A DNA stretch of 64,000 bases from an uncultured Acidobacteriota bacterium (lineage in GTDB: Bacteria > Acidobacteriota > Thermoanaerobaculia > UBA5066 > Gp7-AA6), in NCBI GenBank assembly GCA_963804915.1, contig CAWDSI010000014.1:70975-134974 (forward strand). The letters run 5' to 3'. A program made the translations under genes and the position numbers. The notes beneath the pieces are model-generated. The model was given only the letters and a program-made list of their open reading frames with translations. It made no database searches and was not told where the DNA came from. This document shows positions 19,850 to 29,294 of this stretch, one piece after another (positions within the stretch are counted from its first letter, which is position 1; every line of letters begins with the position of its first letter).

Positions 19850-20323
19850 ATGGCGATGAGAAAGAGAGTCGCGAGGAGGCGGGTGCGAAGGGCCGTGCGC
19901 AGGGTACGCAGGGTCAGGCGCGTCGCCAAGAGGGCGGTGGGCGGCCGCGGAGTTCGGAAGAACGTGGCTCGCAGGCGGCTTCGCCGGACCGTGAGGAGGG
20001 TCGCACGCCGTCGCGCCCGGAGGGGCGCTGGGCTTCGCCGGGCCGTCGTCCGGAGGGCCGTGGCTCGCCGCGCCGTCAAGAGAGCCGTCGTGCGTCGCAG
20101 AGTCAAGAGAGCCGTCGTGCGCCGCGGAGTCAAGAGAGCCGCCGTCCGCCGCGGAGTCAAGAGAGCCGCCGTGCGCCGCGGCGTCAAGAGAGCCGCCGTG
20201 CGCCGCGGAGTGCGCCGCCGGGCCGTGAAGAGGACCGCAGTTCGCCGGGTCGTCCGGGCCGCAAAGAAGAAGCAGGTCGCGGCGGATCTGGGGATGACCT
20301 CGCCGATGTTCCAGTCGAGCTAG
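19850..20323 (+). CDS. hypothetical highly basic Arg/Val/Ala tandem-repeat protein (157 aa)
   Basis: ATG preceded by AAGGAG with 8-nt spacing. G/C-rich third codon positions support this frame. By my count it has 57 Arg, 12 Lys and 1 Asp. It contains 9-aa repeats, KRAAVRRGV. It has its own upstream 320-nt non-coding region and a downstream hairpin. I recognise no homolog. Confidence 0.55.
   Translation: MAMRKRVARRRVRRAVRRVRRVRRVAKRAVGGRGVRKNVARRRLRRTVRRVARRRARRGAGLRRAVVRRAVARRAVKRAVVRRRVKRAVVRRGVKRAAVRRGVKRAAVRRGVKRAAVRRGVRRRAVKRTAVRRVVRAAKKKQVAADLGMTSPMFQSS
20075..20209 (+). repeat. 5 tandem copies of a 27-bp unit (gtcaagagagccgccgtgcgccgcgga) inside the Arg-rich CDS
   Basis: Units begin at 20075, 20102, 20129, 20156 and 20183 with only a few substitutions. 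They are contiguous with no spacers. Confidence 0.9.
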
Positions 20324-20347
20324 CGGCGCCGTATCGGCATCCGTGAA

Positions 20348-20380
20348 GGCAATCTGTCGCCGCCCGGGCGGCAGATTGCC
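20348..20380 (+). terminator. GC-rich stem-loop downstream of the Arg-rich gene (putative intrinsic terminator, no U-tract)
   Basis: In ggcaatctg-tcg-ccgcc-cg-ggcgg-cagattgcc, a 9-bp outer stem and a 5-bp inner stem give 14 bp of pairing. It lies 25 nt after the stop codon. Confidence 0.45.
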
Positions 20381-20410
20381 CCACCCGGATCGCGGCTAAA
20401 CTCCCCTCCC

Positions 20411-22132
20411 GTGAGGCGCCTGCCGCGAATCGCCATCCTTCTCTGCCTCGCGTTCGCGTGTCGCCGCGACGAGAAAGTCGCCGTCGCTCCAAAGCCGACG
20501 CCCGCGCCTGCTCCTCCCGCGATCGCGTTCGCCGAGAAGGCCGCGGCGATGGGCATCGATTTCACGCACGTCAACGGCGCTCGCGGACAGAAATGGATGC
20601 CCGAGACGATGGGCGGCGGCGTCGCCGTGCTGGACTACGACGGCGACGGCAAGCCGGACCTCCTCTTCGTGTCGAGCGCCTACTGGCCCGACGACGAGCG
20701 GGCGAAGGGCCAGAAGAGCTCCCTCGCGCTCTACCGCAACGAGGGACCGGACCCGAACGGAATCCCGCACTTCCGGAACGTCACGCGCGAGGCGGGGCTC
20801 GAGCGGGTCGTCTTCGGGATGGGAGCCTCGGTCGCCGACTACGACGGCGACGGCAAAGATGACGTCTACGTCACGGCGGTGGGCCGTAACTTCCTGTTCC
20901 ATAACAAGGGCGGCCGCTTCGAGGAGGTCGCTTCCGCAGCGGGCGTCCGGGACAACGGCTGGGGCACCTCCTCGGCCTGGCTCGACTACGACGCCGACGG
21001 GCTTGCCGACCTCTACGTCTGCCGCTACGTCGACTGGAGCCCGAGCCACGACCTCTTCTGTACGCTCGACGGAAAGACCAAGTCCTACTGCACGCCGGAG
21101 CGCTATGCCGGCGTCCCGTCCCACCTCTACCGCAACGCGGGAGGCGGTCGTTTCATCGACGTCACGACTTCGACCGGGACGGGGAACACCAACCAGAAGG
21201 CCCTCGGGGTCGCGCCCTGGGACTTCGACGGCGACGGCCGGGTGGATCTGCTCGTGGCCAACGACACCGCGCCGAACAATCTCTTCCGCAACAAGGGCGA
21301 CGGGACGTTCGAGGACGTCGGCATCCCGGCGGGGATCGCCGTCGACGAGGCCGGCCGGGCGCGCGGCGCGATGGGCGCCGCCTGGGCCGACACCAAGAAC
21401 GGCCCCGGCGCGGCGGTGGCGATCGGGAACTTCTCGAACGAGCTCAAGTCCCTTTACTGGACGGATTCGGGCGAGGTCTTCCTCGACGAGTCGCCGCGCA
21501 GCGGGATCGGCCCGTCGTCGCTTCTGGACCTGACCTTCGGAGTCCTCTTTCTCGACGCCGACCTCGACGGCCGGATGGATCTCCTCCTCGCCAACGGCCA
21601 CGTCGAGCCCACGGTGCAGGCCGTGCAGAAGGACGTCGCGTACCGGCAGGCGCCCGCCCTCTACTGGAACGCGGGCCACGGGCGTTTCTCGCTCCTCGGC
21701 GCGCGCTCCGGCGATCTCTCGGCGCCGCTCGTCGCCCGCGGCGGCGCGTCCGCGGATCTCGACGGCGACGGCGACCTGGACGTCGTGCTCGTCGAGAACG
21801 GCGGGCCGGCGCGCGTGTACCTCAATCCGACGGACGCCCCCGCGAAGAGCGTCCGCATCCGCCTGGAAGGCGCGGGCCGGTCCAACCGCGACGCGATCGG
21901 CGCCCGCGTCACGGCCTCGATCGGAGGTCGCACGCTCACCCAGCAGGTCTCCGGAGGACAGTCCTACCTCTCCGCCTCCGAGAAGACGCTCACGTTCGGT
22001 CTCGATGGCGCCACGAAGATCGACACCCTCGAGATCCGCTGGCCCGACGGCGCCACGCAGACGCTCCGCGACGTCCCGGGCGGCGCACGTCTCGCGATTC
22101 GTCAGGAGCCAGCGGCGGCAGGAGCGCCATGA
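20411..22132 (+). CDS. CRTAC1-family lipoprotein (FG-GAP/VCBS repeats + ASPIC/UnbV domain)
   Basis: Lipobox LCLAFAC. Repeated DYDGDGKxDL / DFDGDGRVDL FG-GAP motifs. C-terminal ASPIC/UnbV pattern (IGARV..GG.SYLSASE..L.FGL.....D.LEIRWPDG). Confidence 0.85.
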   Translation: MRRLPRIAILLCLAFACRRDEKVAVAPKPTPAPAPPAIAFAEKAAAMGIDFTHVNGARGQKWMPETMGGGVAVLDYDGDGKPDLLFVSSAYWPDDERAKGQKSSLALYRNEGPDPNGIPHFRNVTREAGLERVVFGMGASVADYDGDGKDDVYVTAVGRNFLFHNKGGRFEEVASAAGVRDNGWGTSSAWLDYDADGLADLYVCRYVDWSPSHDLFCTLDGKTKSYCTPERYAGVPSHLYRNAGGGRFIDVTTSTGTGNTNQKALGVAPWDFDGDGRVDLLVANDTAPNNLFRNKGDGTFEDVGIPAGIAVDEAGRARGAMGAAWADTKNGPGAAVAIGNFSNELKSLYWTDSGEVFLDESPRSGIGPSSLLDLTFGVLFLDADLDGRMDLLLANGHVEPTVQAVQKDVAYRQAPALYWNAGHGRFSLLGARSGDLSAPLVARGGASADLDGDGDLDVVLVENGGPARVYLNPTDAPAKSVRIRLEGAGRSNRDAIGARVTASIGGRTLTQQVSGGQSYLSASEKTLTFGLDGATKIDTLEIRWPDGATQTLRDVPGGARLAIRQEPAAAGAP

Positions 22133-22602
22133 GCAATTCCGTCCGCGTCCGCCCCGCGCGCCCCGACGACCGCGACTTCGTCCTCGAGACGGCGAAGCGG
22201 CTCGCCGAGTTCGGACCTCCGCCCTGGCGGAGCCCCGAGCTCGTCGTGACGGCGGAGTCGCGCGTGCTCCACGCGTTTTTCGAGGCGCCGCTGCCGGCCA
22301 CCGCTCTCCTCGTCGCCGAGAGCGCGGACGGCACGCGCCTCGGTTTCGCCTATCTCGAGACGCTCGTCGACTATTTCGAACAGCGTCCCCACGCGCATCT
22401 CGCCGAGCTCGCCGTCTCCCGCCAGGCGGAAGGGTCGGGCGCCGGCGGCGCTCTCCTCGCCGCGTCGGAGGAATGGGCCCGGACGTGCGGCTACTCCGTG
22501 CTGACCCTCAACGTCTTCGAGGGCAACCGCCACGCGCGCGCGGTCTACGAGCGCCGCGGCTTCCGCCCCGAGACGCTCCGCTACGTCAAGATCCTTGGCT
22601 GA
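22129..22602 (+). CDS. GNAT-family N-acetyltransferase
   Basis: The acetyl-CoA binding motif region (LAVSRQAEGSGAGGALL..., VFEGNRHARAVYERRGF) is typical of GNAT. ATGA overlap with the upstream stop. Confidence 0.8.
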   Translation: MSNSVRVRPARPDDRDFVLETAKRLAEFGPPPWRSPELVVTAESRVLHAFFEAPLPATALLVAESADGTRLGFAYLETLVDYFEQRPHAHLAELAVSRQAEGSGAGGALLAASEEWARTCGYSVLTLNVFEGNRHARAVYERRGFRPETLRYVKILG

Positions 22603-23050
22603 GATGCCGGCACCCGCGATCCGCCAGGCGCGCCCGGACGACGCGGCCGAGCTCGCTCGGCTCTCGACGCAGCTCGGGTACCCCATGACTCCGTCGGTCG
22701 CGGCGGCGCAGCTCGCGGAGGTGGCGGGGCATGCCGACCACGCCCTGCTCGTGGCCGAGACGCCGGGCGGGCTCGCCGGCTGGATCCAGGTGAGCGTGCC
22801 GCGGATCTTCGAGTCCCCGGCCGCGGCCGAGATCGCGGGGCTCATCGTCGACGAAACCGCCCGAGGCGAGGGCGTGGGACCGCGCCTGCTCCGCGCGGCG
22901 GAGGACTGGGCGCATGCCCGCGGCTGCCGCGCGGTGCGCGTCCGGTCCAACGTCGTGCGCGCCCGGGCGCACGCGTTCTACGAGCGCGAGGGTTACCGCA
23001 AGGTCAAGGTCCAGCAGGTCTTCGAGAAGCGGATTCGCGACTCGCGATAA
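22595..23050 (+). CDS. GNAT-family N-acetyltransferase (tandem paralogue)
   Basis: IRQARPDD..., LIVDETARGEGVGPRLL, RARAHAFYEREGY. Overlaps the previous GNAT by 8 nt. Confidence 0.8.
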   Translation: MAEMPAPAIRQARPDDAAELARLSTQLGYPMTPSVAAAQLAEVAGHADHALLVAETPGGLAGWIQVSVPRIFESPAAAEIAGLIVDETARGEGVGPRLLRAAEDWAHARGCRAVRVRSNVVRARAHAFYEREGYRKVKVQQVFEKRIRDSR

Positions 23051-23081
23051 GGGTCAAGGGAAAGAGGTAGACTGCCCCGCC

Positions 23082-23465
23082 ATGCGAGGCATCACGATCG
23101 TCCGGGTCGCCGCGGCGGCGATGATGATCATCCACGGAACCTTCCGCGTGTTCGACGGAGGCGTGGCGGGGTTCGGCGGGTTTCTCGGGTCTCAGGGGAT
23201 GCCGGCCGGCGTCGCGGTCGCCTGGCTCATGACGATCGTCGAGATCGCCGGCGGCTTCCTGCTCGTGGCGGGCCGCTTCGTGCGCCCGTTGTGCGCCTGG
23301 TTCATCCTCGAGCTGCTCGGCGGCATCGCCCTCGTCCACTTCAAGGAAGGCTGGTTCGTGGTCGGGGGAGGACGGAACGGTTTCGAGTACTCCGTCCTCT
23401 TGATCGTCTGCTTCGCGGCCGTGGCCGTGGACGCCGCCGCGCGCGTCCGCCGCGGGTCCCGCGGC
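23082..23465 (+). CDS. DoxX-family membrane protein (3' end uncertain)
   Basis: MRGITIVRVAAAAMMIIHG..., VEIAGGFLLVAGRFVRP and LLGGIALVHFKEGWF are DoxX-like. The frame has no stop until 24266, where it runs antisense to the rhomboid gene. Only the DoxX-like core is annotated. Confidence 0.55.
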
Positions 23466-24203
23466 TCAGACCACCTGATAGGCCGGACGGGCCGGAACGA
23501 ACAGCTTCACGAGCACGGCCCCGGCGATGAACCCGCCGATGTGGGCGCCGTATGCGACGCCGCCTCCGCTCGCCCCGAGGGTCCCCGCGCTGCTGATGAG
23601 CTGAAACAGGAACCAGATCCCGATCGCCAGGATCGCCGGAACCTGCATCACCTGGTACAGCCAGAGCACCCGCACGCGCCGCTGCGGATACATGACGATG
23701 TATCCCCCGAGCACTCCCGAGATCGCGCCGGACGCGCCGAGCGAGGGGATCAGCGGATCGCCCCCGAAGAACGCCGTGACGAAGACGTGAGCGAGACCCG
23801 CGAGGATCCCCGTCAGCAGGTAGAAGACGAGGTACCTCCCGTGGCCCAGGGCGTCCTCGAGGTTGTCGCCGAAGATCCAGAGGTAGAGCATGTTGCCGAG
23901 AAGGTGCATGAGCGAGCCGTGCATGAACATCGAGGTGATCAGCGTGAAGTAGACGGGGATCGGCGTCGGAGGGATCTCGACTTCTCCGACCGGACGGCCG
24001 TAAGCGTCGCGGACGGGAATGACTTCCGCGACGTCCCGGCCCGTCAGGATCTCCGCCGGCACGGTCGCGAACGCCATCGTGAACCGCTCGTTGCTCCCGA
24101 GGCCCTGCAGGAATACGAACACGAAGACGTTGGCCGCGAGCAGAAGCCAGTTGACGATCGGACGGATGCGCCGATCCGAGTTGTCGTCGCCGATCGGGAT
24201 CAT
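23466..24203 (-). CDS. rhomboid-family intramembrane serine protease
   Basis: MIPIGDDNSDRRIRP..., FMHGSLMHLLGNMLYLWIFGDNLE, GASGAISGVLGGY (GxSG catalytic Ser) and AHIGGFIAG (catalytic His). The ATG overlaps the stop of the upstream FG-GAP gene (ATGA). Confidence 0.88.
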   Translation of the reverse strand: MIPIGDDNSDRRIRPIVNWLLLAANVFVFVFLQGLGSNERFTMAFATVPAEILTGRDVAEVIPVRDAYGRPVGEVEIPPTPIPVYFTLITSMFMHGSLMHLLGNMLYLWIFGDNLEDALGHGRYLVFYLLTGILAGLAHVFVTAFFGGDPLIPSLGASGAISGVLGGYIVMYPQRRVRVLWLYQVMQVPAILAIGIWFLFQLISSAGTLGASGGGVAYGAHIGGFIAGAVLVKLFVPARPAYQVV

Positions 24204-25907
24204 GGGCGGGCGTTCCTGACGGCAGGCATCATATCTGCGGGCGCGGCGCCGCGACGGACGACGTAGGTCTTTCCTCCCGCGAGCGGCCCGAGCTCCTGGC
24301 GCTCGCCTCCCGGCCAGACGATCGCGACGCTCTCGGCTCCCGTCCGCGGAGCCCAAACCGAAGTGCAACGGGACGAGCGAGCCCGAGGCGTAGGACGGCG
24401 AGACGCGGTAGACCTGCACCTGCGTGCGGCCGCCGGCGGTGACCGCCACCCGGGTCTCGAGAACGGCCCGGGAGTCACCGGACGCCACCCTGGGCTCGAT
24501 CGCGATCCAGCGGCCGGCAGGAAGCGCGTTGCGGAACACGCGCACCGGGCCGTCGGTGTCGACGACGACGAGATCGAGGGCGCCGTCCCCGTCGATGTCG
24601 GCGACGGCGCTCCCCCGGGCGGACATGCGCTGCCGCCCGAGGTCGCCCGAGTCCGTCCATTCGGCGAAGCGTCCCTCCCCGAGGTTGTGGAGCAGGACCG
24701 TCTTCTGGTCGAAGGCCCGGTCGCCCGCCTCGACGTATGCCGCCGAGGTGCCCTTTCGGTATTTGCCGAACGTCCGGACGATGCGCGGCGCGAGATGGCC
24801 GCCCGCGGCGTAGAGATCCGCCCAGCCGTCGTTGTCGAAGTCGGCGAAGTGGGTTCCCCAGCGGACGTACGGCTGCCCGATCGGCCCGGCGCCCGAGCTG
24901 CCCGCGGCGTTTTCGAAGAGCGTGCCTTCGACGTTGCGAAACAGGCTGTTCTCCTCGGCGCCGAAGTTGGTCACGAAGAGAGAATCGCGGCCGTCGCCGA
25001 ACGGGTCTCCGACGGCGGTTCCCATGCCGGCCGGGGCCTGTTCTCCCGCAGGCGTCCCCACGCCGGTCTCGGCGGTCGTCTCTTCGAACTTCCCGCCGCC
25101 GAGATTACGGAAGAGACGGTTGGATGTGCGGTCGTTCACGAAGTAGAGGTCCGGCCGGCCGTCGCCGTCGTAGTCGAGCACGGCGATGCCCAGAGTCTTC
25201 GTGTCCGCCGGGGCCATGGCCAGGCCGGCCTCCGCGGTCACGTCCTTGAATTTCCGGCCGCCGAGGTTGCGGTAGAGGCGGGGCGGCTGGCCGAGATAAT
25301 CCTCCGGCACGCGAAGCTCGAACTGCTCCTGCGAAACTTCCCATTCCGGCGTGGAGTCGAGGTAGTTGGCCACCGCGACGTCCAGCCGGCCGTCGCCGTC
25401 GTAGTCGAGAAAGGCCGCGCCCACCGAAAAGAGAGGGTCCTCGAGGCCCGTGTCCCGTCCTTCTTCGAATGTGCCGTCGCCCCGGTTCCACCAGACGGCG
25501 TTCGGCCCGACGTTCGTCAGGTAGAGGTCGAGCCGGCCGTCGCCGTCCAGATCCGACCAGAATGCCCCCATGCCGAGGCCGCATGCCCGAATGCCTGCGT
25601 TGGCCGTCACGTCTTCGAAGCGACCGCCGACGTTGCGATACAGCCGGCCGCAGCGATCGGTGTTCGGCTTCCCCCAGCGCGGGATCGTGTTGGTGATGTA
25701 GAGGTCCGGCCGGCCGTCGCCGTCGTAGTCCCCCATCGCACAGCCGCCGTTCATGGTCGCGATGAGCTTGAGCCGCCTCAGGTCGGACTCGATGCGCACC
25801 GAGACGCCGGAAGCCTTCGTGACGTCCCGGAAAACGCCTTTTTGCGCCGGCGCGGAAGCCAGGCCGAGGATGAAGACCGTCCCGACGAGAAGCGTCGCGC
25901 GTTTCAC
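24200..25907 (-). pseudogene. CRTAC1-family FG-GAP/ASPIC protein, one +1 frame disruption near 24338
   Basis: Signal peptide MKRATLLVGTVFILGLASAPA, then FG-GAP repeats (DYDGDGRPDLY). The ASPIC tail reads ...LHFGLGSADG in one frame and AESVAIVWPGGERQELGPLAGGKTYVV in the next. Removing one base restores LGSADGAESVAIVWPGG. Confidence 0.8.
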
Positions 25908-28900
25908 TCTCGACCCTCGACCCTCGACCCTCGACTCTCCCTCACCGCGTCCCGAAACTCGTCCGGTCCGCCCTCGCGCGTCAAATACTCCCGGATGAAT
26001 TCGCGATGCTCGGGGCTGTCCGGAAACTCGAGCTCGCCGTACTGTCCGTCGTCCATGCCGTGGAACGGCAGCGGCTCGACCGTCTGGCCGGCGACCGTGT
26101 TCTTGTCGGCGTCCTTGTCCCAGCCGTCGGAGACGAACAACCAGTCGCGCACCCAGCCTTCGGGAAGAGGCGGAAGGACCGCGGCGTCGAATTCGAGGCG
26201 CACGGCGTCGCCTCCCTTCATGATCACGTACCGGTCGTCCGCCGCCGTCAGGAGAGACCGGACGTCGCCGAAGCGCGTGTAGCGACCGGCCATGTCTGCC
26301 CAGCGGGGCTCGATCGAGACGTCGTCGTGCACGAAGACGTGCGGGGCTTCGTCATGCGCGCGCGTCATCCTCGAGAAACCGCGAAAGAAGAGCTCGGCCG
26401 ACAACAACGGCGCCGGCGTGAGCCGCATCGGCACCGAAGCATCGTCGACCGTGTAGGCGATGCGGTCCCAGTAGATGGCAAGGTCGGTGCGGATGCGCAC
26501 GCGCGGGTCGGAGCGGTCGAGGACGCTCGAAAGGTCGATGGGCATGGTCTTGGTCTTGCCCGCCGGATAGCCCATCGGCGCGATCGCCGTTTTCCAGCCC
26601 CCTCTTCCGTCCGGGACTTCGAGCACCGGACCGAACGGCGCCAGATCCCGGCGTTGAGAGAGCGAGACGTTGATCGAGGTATCGGCGTACTGGATCCAGC
26701 CGGTGAGATAGAGCATCACCCGTTCGCCCCGGCGTGCCTCCGGGAGCTCGAGGACCAGCTCGTGCGGCGCGACGATGCCCTGATAGCGAGTCGGCGTGAA
26801 GCCGCCGAGAAAGCGGCCGTCCTCGACCGCGATCTCGGCGGTGCGGTCGCGACCCGCGCCGTCGACGGCCCGGGGCACGCGCGGAGCGGCCACCGTGAAG
26901 AGCTTCTTTTCCGGAAAGGGCGGCGGCACCATCCTCTCGTTGGCCACCAGGCCCACGCCCGCCGGGTGATCGACGGCGAGGAGCTCGGCGAGATCGAAGT
27001 ACACGGCTTCCCAGAGCTCTTCGGTGAAGTCGAGCGCGAGACGGCCGTCGCGCGGCGCGAGCAGATTCCCGGGAACGACGAGCCACTCGCGGGTGTCGGC
27101 CGGCGCCTGGTGCACGCCGTCATAGAGGAGGCCTGCCGGCGCGCGGCCGAGCACGTCGGTCACGAAGTGCCACCGCGCGCCGTCGAAGGCGTAGAGGAAC
27201 GGACAGGAGCCCTTGAGCTGCTGGACCTCGCGAAGCACCGTGCGCACCTTCGGGTCGAGGGCGTTCTGCGGGACGCCGTTCGTCCAGACGATCCGGAGCA
27301 CGTCGGCGCGGCGGCGGGCACCGAGGCCGAGCCGCGTCACGGGACGCCAGGCCACCCGGTAAACGTAGAGCTCCTGCGCTCTCAGCTCGACGTCCGAGCC
27401 GAAACCGAACCGGTTGACCTTCGCCGAGCCCGTGGGCAGTCCTTCGAGCGAAACGTCGACCCACCCATTGGCGTTGCCACCCTCGTTCGCATACAGCGTC
27501 GCGGTGCCCTTCGGGGAAAGGAACACGAGATCCAGGTCGCCGTCGCCGTCGGCATCCACGGACTCGGCCTCGCTCGCCGGCGGAAGAGCGCCCACGGAGG
27601 CCTCCGTCAGCTTTCCGGCTCCGTCGTTGCGCAGAAGCAAAGAGGGACCGTCCCCGGACAGGAGCAGAGCATCCAGAAATCCGTCGTTGTCGTAGTCGAG
27701 CAGGCGCACGATGTTTTGATGCGCAGGCACCCCGCCGAGCGCCCGGGCCTCGCCGAAGGTTCCGTCGCCGCGGTTCTCGGCGACCGAAGCGGTTCCGTCG
27801 GCCGCAAACACGAGGTCCACCCGTCCATCGCCATTCAGGTCCCCCGCCGCGGCGGAGGAGACCGCGCCGCGCTTTGGCAGCCCGGTTTCTCGCGGAGCCA
27901 GCTTCCCGCCGCGGAGGTTGTCGAGGAGCGCGAAGCCTCCTCCCGGCGCGAACAGGAGCAGGTCCACGTCGCCGTCCCGGTCGAAATCCGCGGCGACCGC
28001 TCCGCGCGAAGCGGTCCCCTTCGGGATTCCGGAGGCTTCGGTCACGTCCGCGAATGTGCCGTCCAGGTTGTTCCGGAAGAGCCGGTCGCCGGAGGATCGC
28101 GAGACGTAGAGATCCAGATCGCCGTCCGCGTCCACGTCGAAAGGAGTGACGGCGCGAGCGTCGGCTCCTCCCGGCCCGAGCGTCGTCTTCTTGTACGCTC
28201 CGCCCGCCGGCGTCCAGAGCGCGTCCGGAGTCACCAGGTCGAGCTCTCCCGAGTTCGTGACGTCGGCGACGGCGAGATCCCGGCCGCCGGCGGAGCCCGG
28301 GATCTCCGGACTCCAGCGGAAGCGCCCGGCGCTCTCCGTCGAAGCGGTGCGACGCGACTCGCAGCCCGGAAGGCGCCGCGAACGCCAGATCGCGGGCCGA
28401 CTTCCCGGCAACCCGAACCGCGAGCGCGCCTTCGATCCCGGAGAGGCCCGAATCGGGCCGGAGCGCGAAGCGGACCGGAATCGGCTCGCCGGCTCGCGCC
28501 CGGACCGCCGAGGCGAGTGGCTCCGACCAGTCCTCGAGAGGCAGTCCCACGACTCCGGGCTCCACGTCGCGCCGGGCTTGCTGGTAGCGCGGGTTCGCCT
28601 TGAGCAGATTCTCGACGATCCGGTACTTCAGATCCGCCGTCTTCGCGTCCCCCGAGTCGACGGCAGCCTTCGCTTCGGCCAGCGCCCGATCGAGCCGCGC
28701 GTCCCCGGCGACGAGCGTCGCGAGCCTCTCGTGCGCGGACACGGCCGCGGGCGCGTCGCCGGTTGCGCGTGCCAGCTCCAGGAGGCGGAGGAGGAGGAAC
28801 AGATTCGCGGGCGCCTGCGACAGCGCCGCCTCGAGATCCGCTCGGGCGCGGCGCTTGTCCTCGGGACTCCCCGCGCTCAGGATGCGCACGGCAGCCCATC

Positions 28901-29294
28901 GGGATGCGACGTCCCGGGGCGCGGCCGTGGCCGCCCGTGCATACGTCTCCGCGGCGCCGGCGGTATCGCCGGACAGCTCTTTCCGCGTCGCCTCGAGCGC
29001 GAGCACCCGCGGATCGCCGGGCGAGAGCCGGAGCGCCTCGGCCAGAAGCGTCTTCGCCGTCTCGAGGTCGCGCGCGCGCATCGCGGCGACCGCGCCGTCG
29101 GCCCAGCCGACCGGATCCGACGGCGCCAGGCGCCGCACCTCGGCGAATCGGCGTGTCGCCTCGGCGAGGTCGTTCTCCTCGAGGGCGGCGAGACCGACGT
29201 TGCGGTCGGACTGAAGCGTCCGGATGTCGGAGGCGGACGGAGACGCGGCGGCGGCGAAGGGAGCGAGGAGGGCGAAGAGGAAAACCGGGAACAC
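25904..29294 (-). pseudogene. large secreted TPR + FG-GAP + ASPIC/UnbV protein with about 350-aa C-terminal extension, one +1 frame disruption near 28338
   Basis: The GTG at 29294 gives signal peptide MFPVFLFALLAPFAAAAS. TPR-like helical region to about 28400. The frame then switches (..SHRFD | ESAGRFRWSPEIPGSAGGRDLAVADV) into FG-GAP repeats (DVDADGDLDLY, DFDRDGDVDLL, DLNGDGRVDLV) and ASPIC (RIVWTNG). Confidence 0.75.
25909..25943 (-). repeat. direct heptamer array (ctcgacc x4 plus a degenerate copy), purine-rich GAGGG repeats on the mRNA strand
   Basis: 25909-25936 reads ctcgacc ctcgacc ctcgacc ctcgact. It lies in the last codons of the upstream gene (..SRGSRVEGRE*), immediately 5' of the GTG start at 25907. 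Confidence 0.75.

Noticed and set aside
18400-20187. 595-aa minus-strand ORF beginning with TPRRTAALL repeats
   Set aside because: It is the antisense image of the Arg-rich repeat gene and of the cytochrome-TPR gene. It has no SD, and the plus-strand frame has the SD and ATG.
20075-20209. Possible CRISPR array (regular 27-bp repeats)
   Set aside because: The repeats are contiguous with no spacers, lie in frame inside a CDS, and no cas genes are present.
22914-23081. Upstream extension of the DoxX ORF starting at 22914
   Set aside because: It overlaps the second GNAT gene out of frame and reads as Ala/Arg junk. The DoxX similarity starts at the ATG at 23082.
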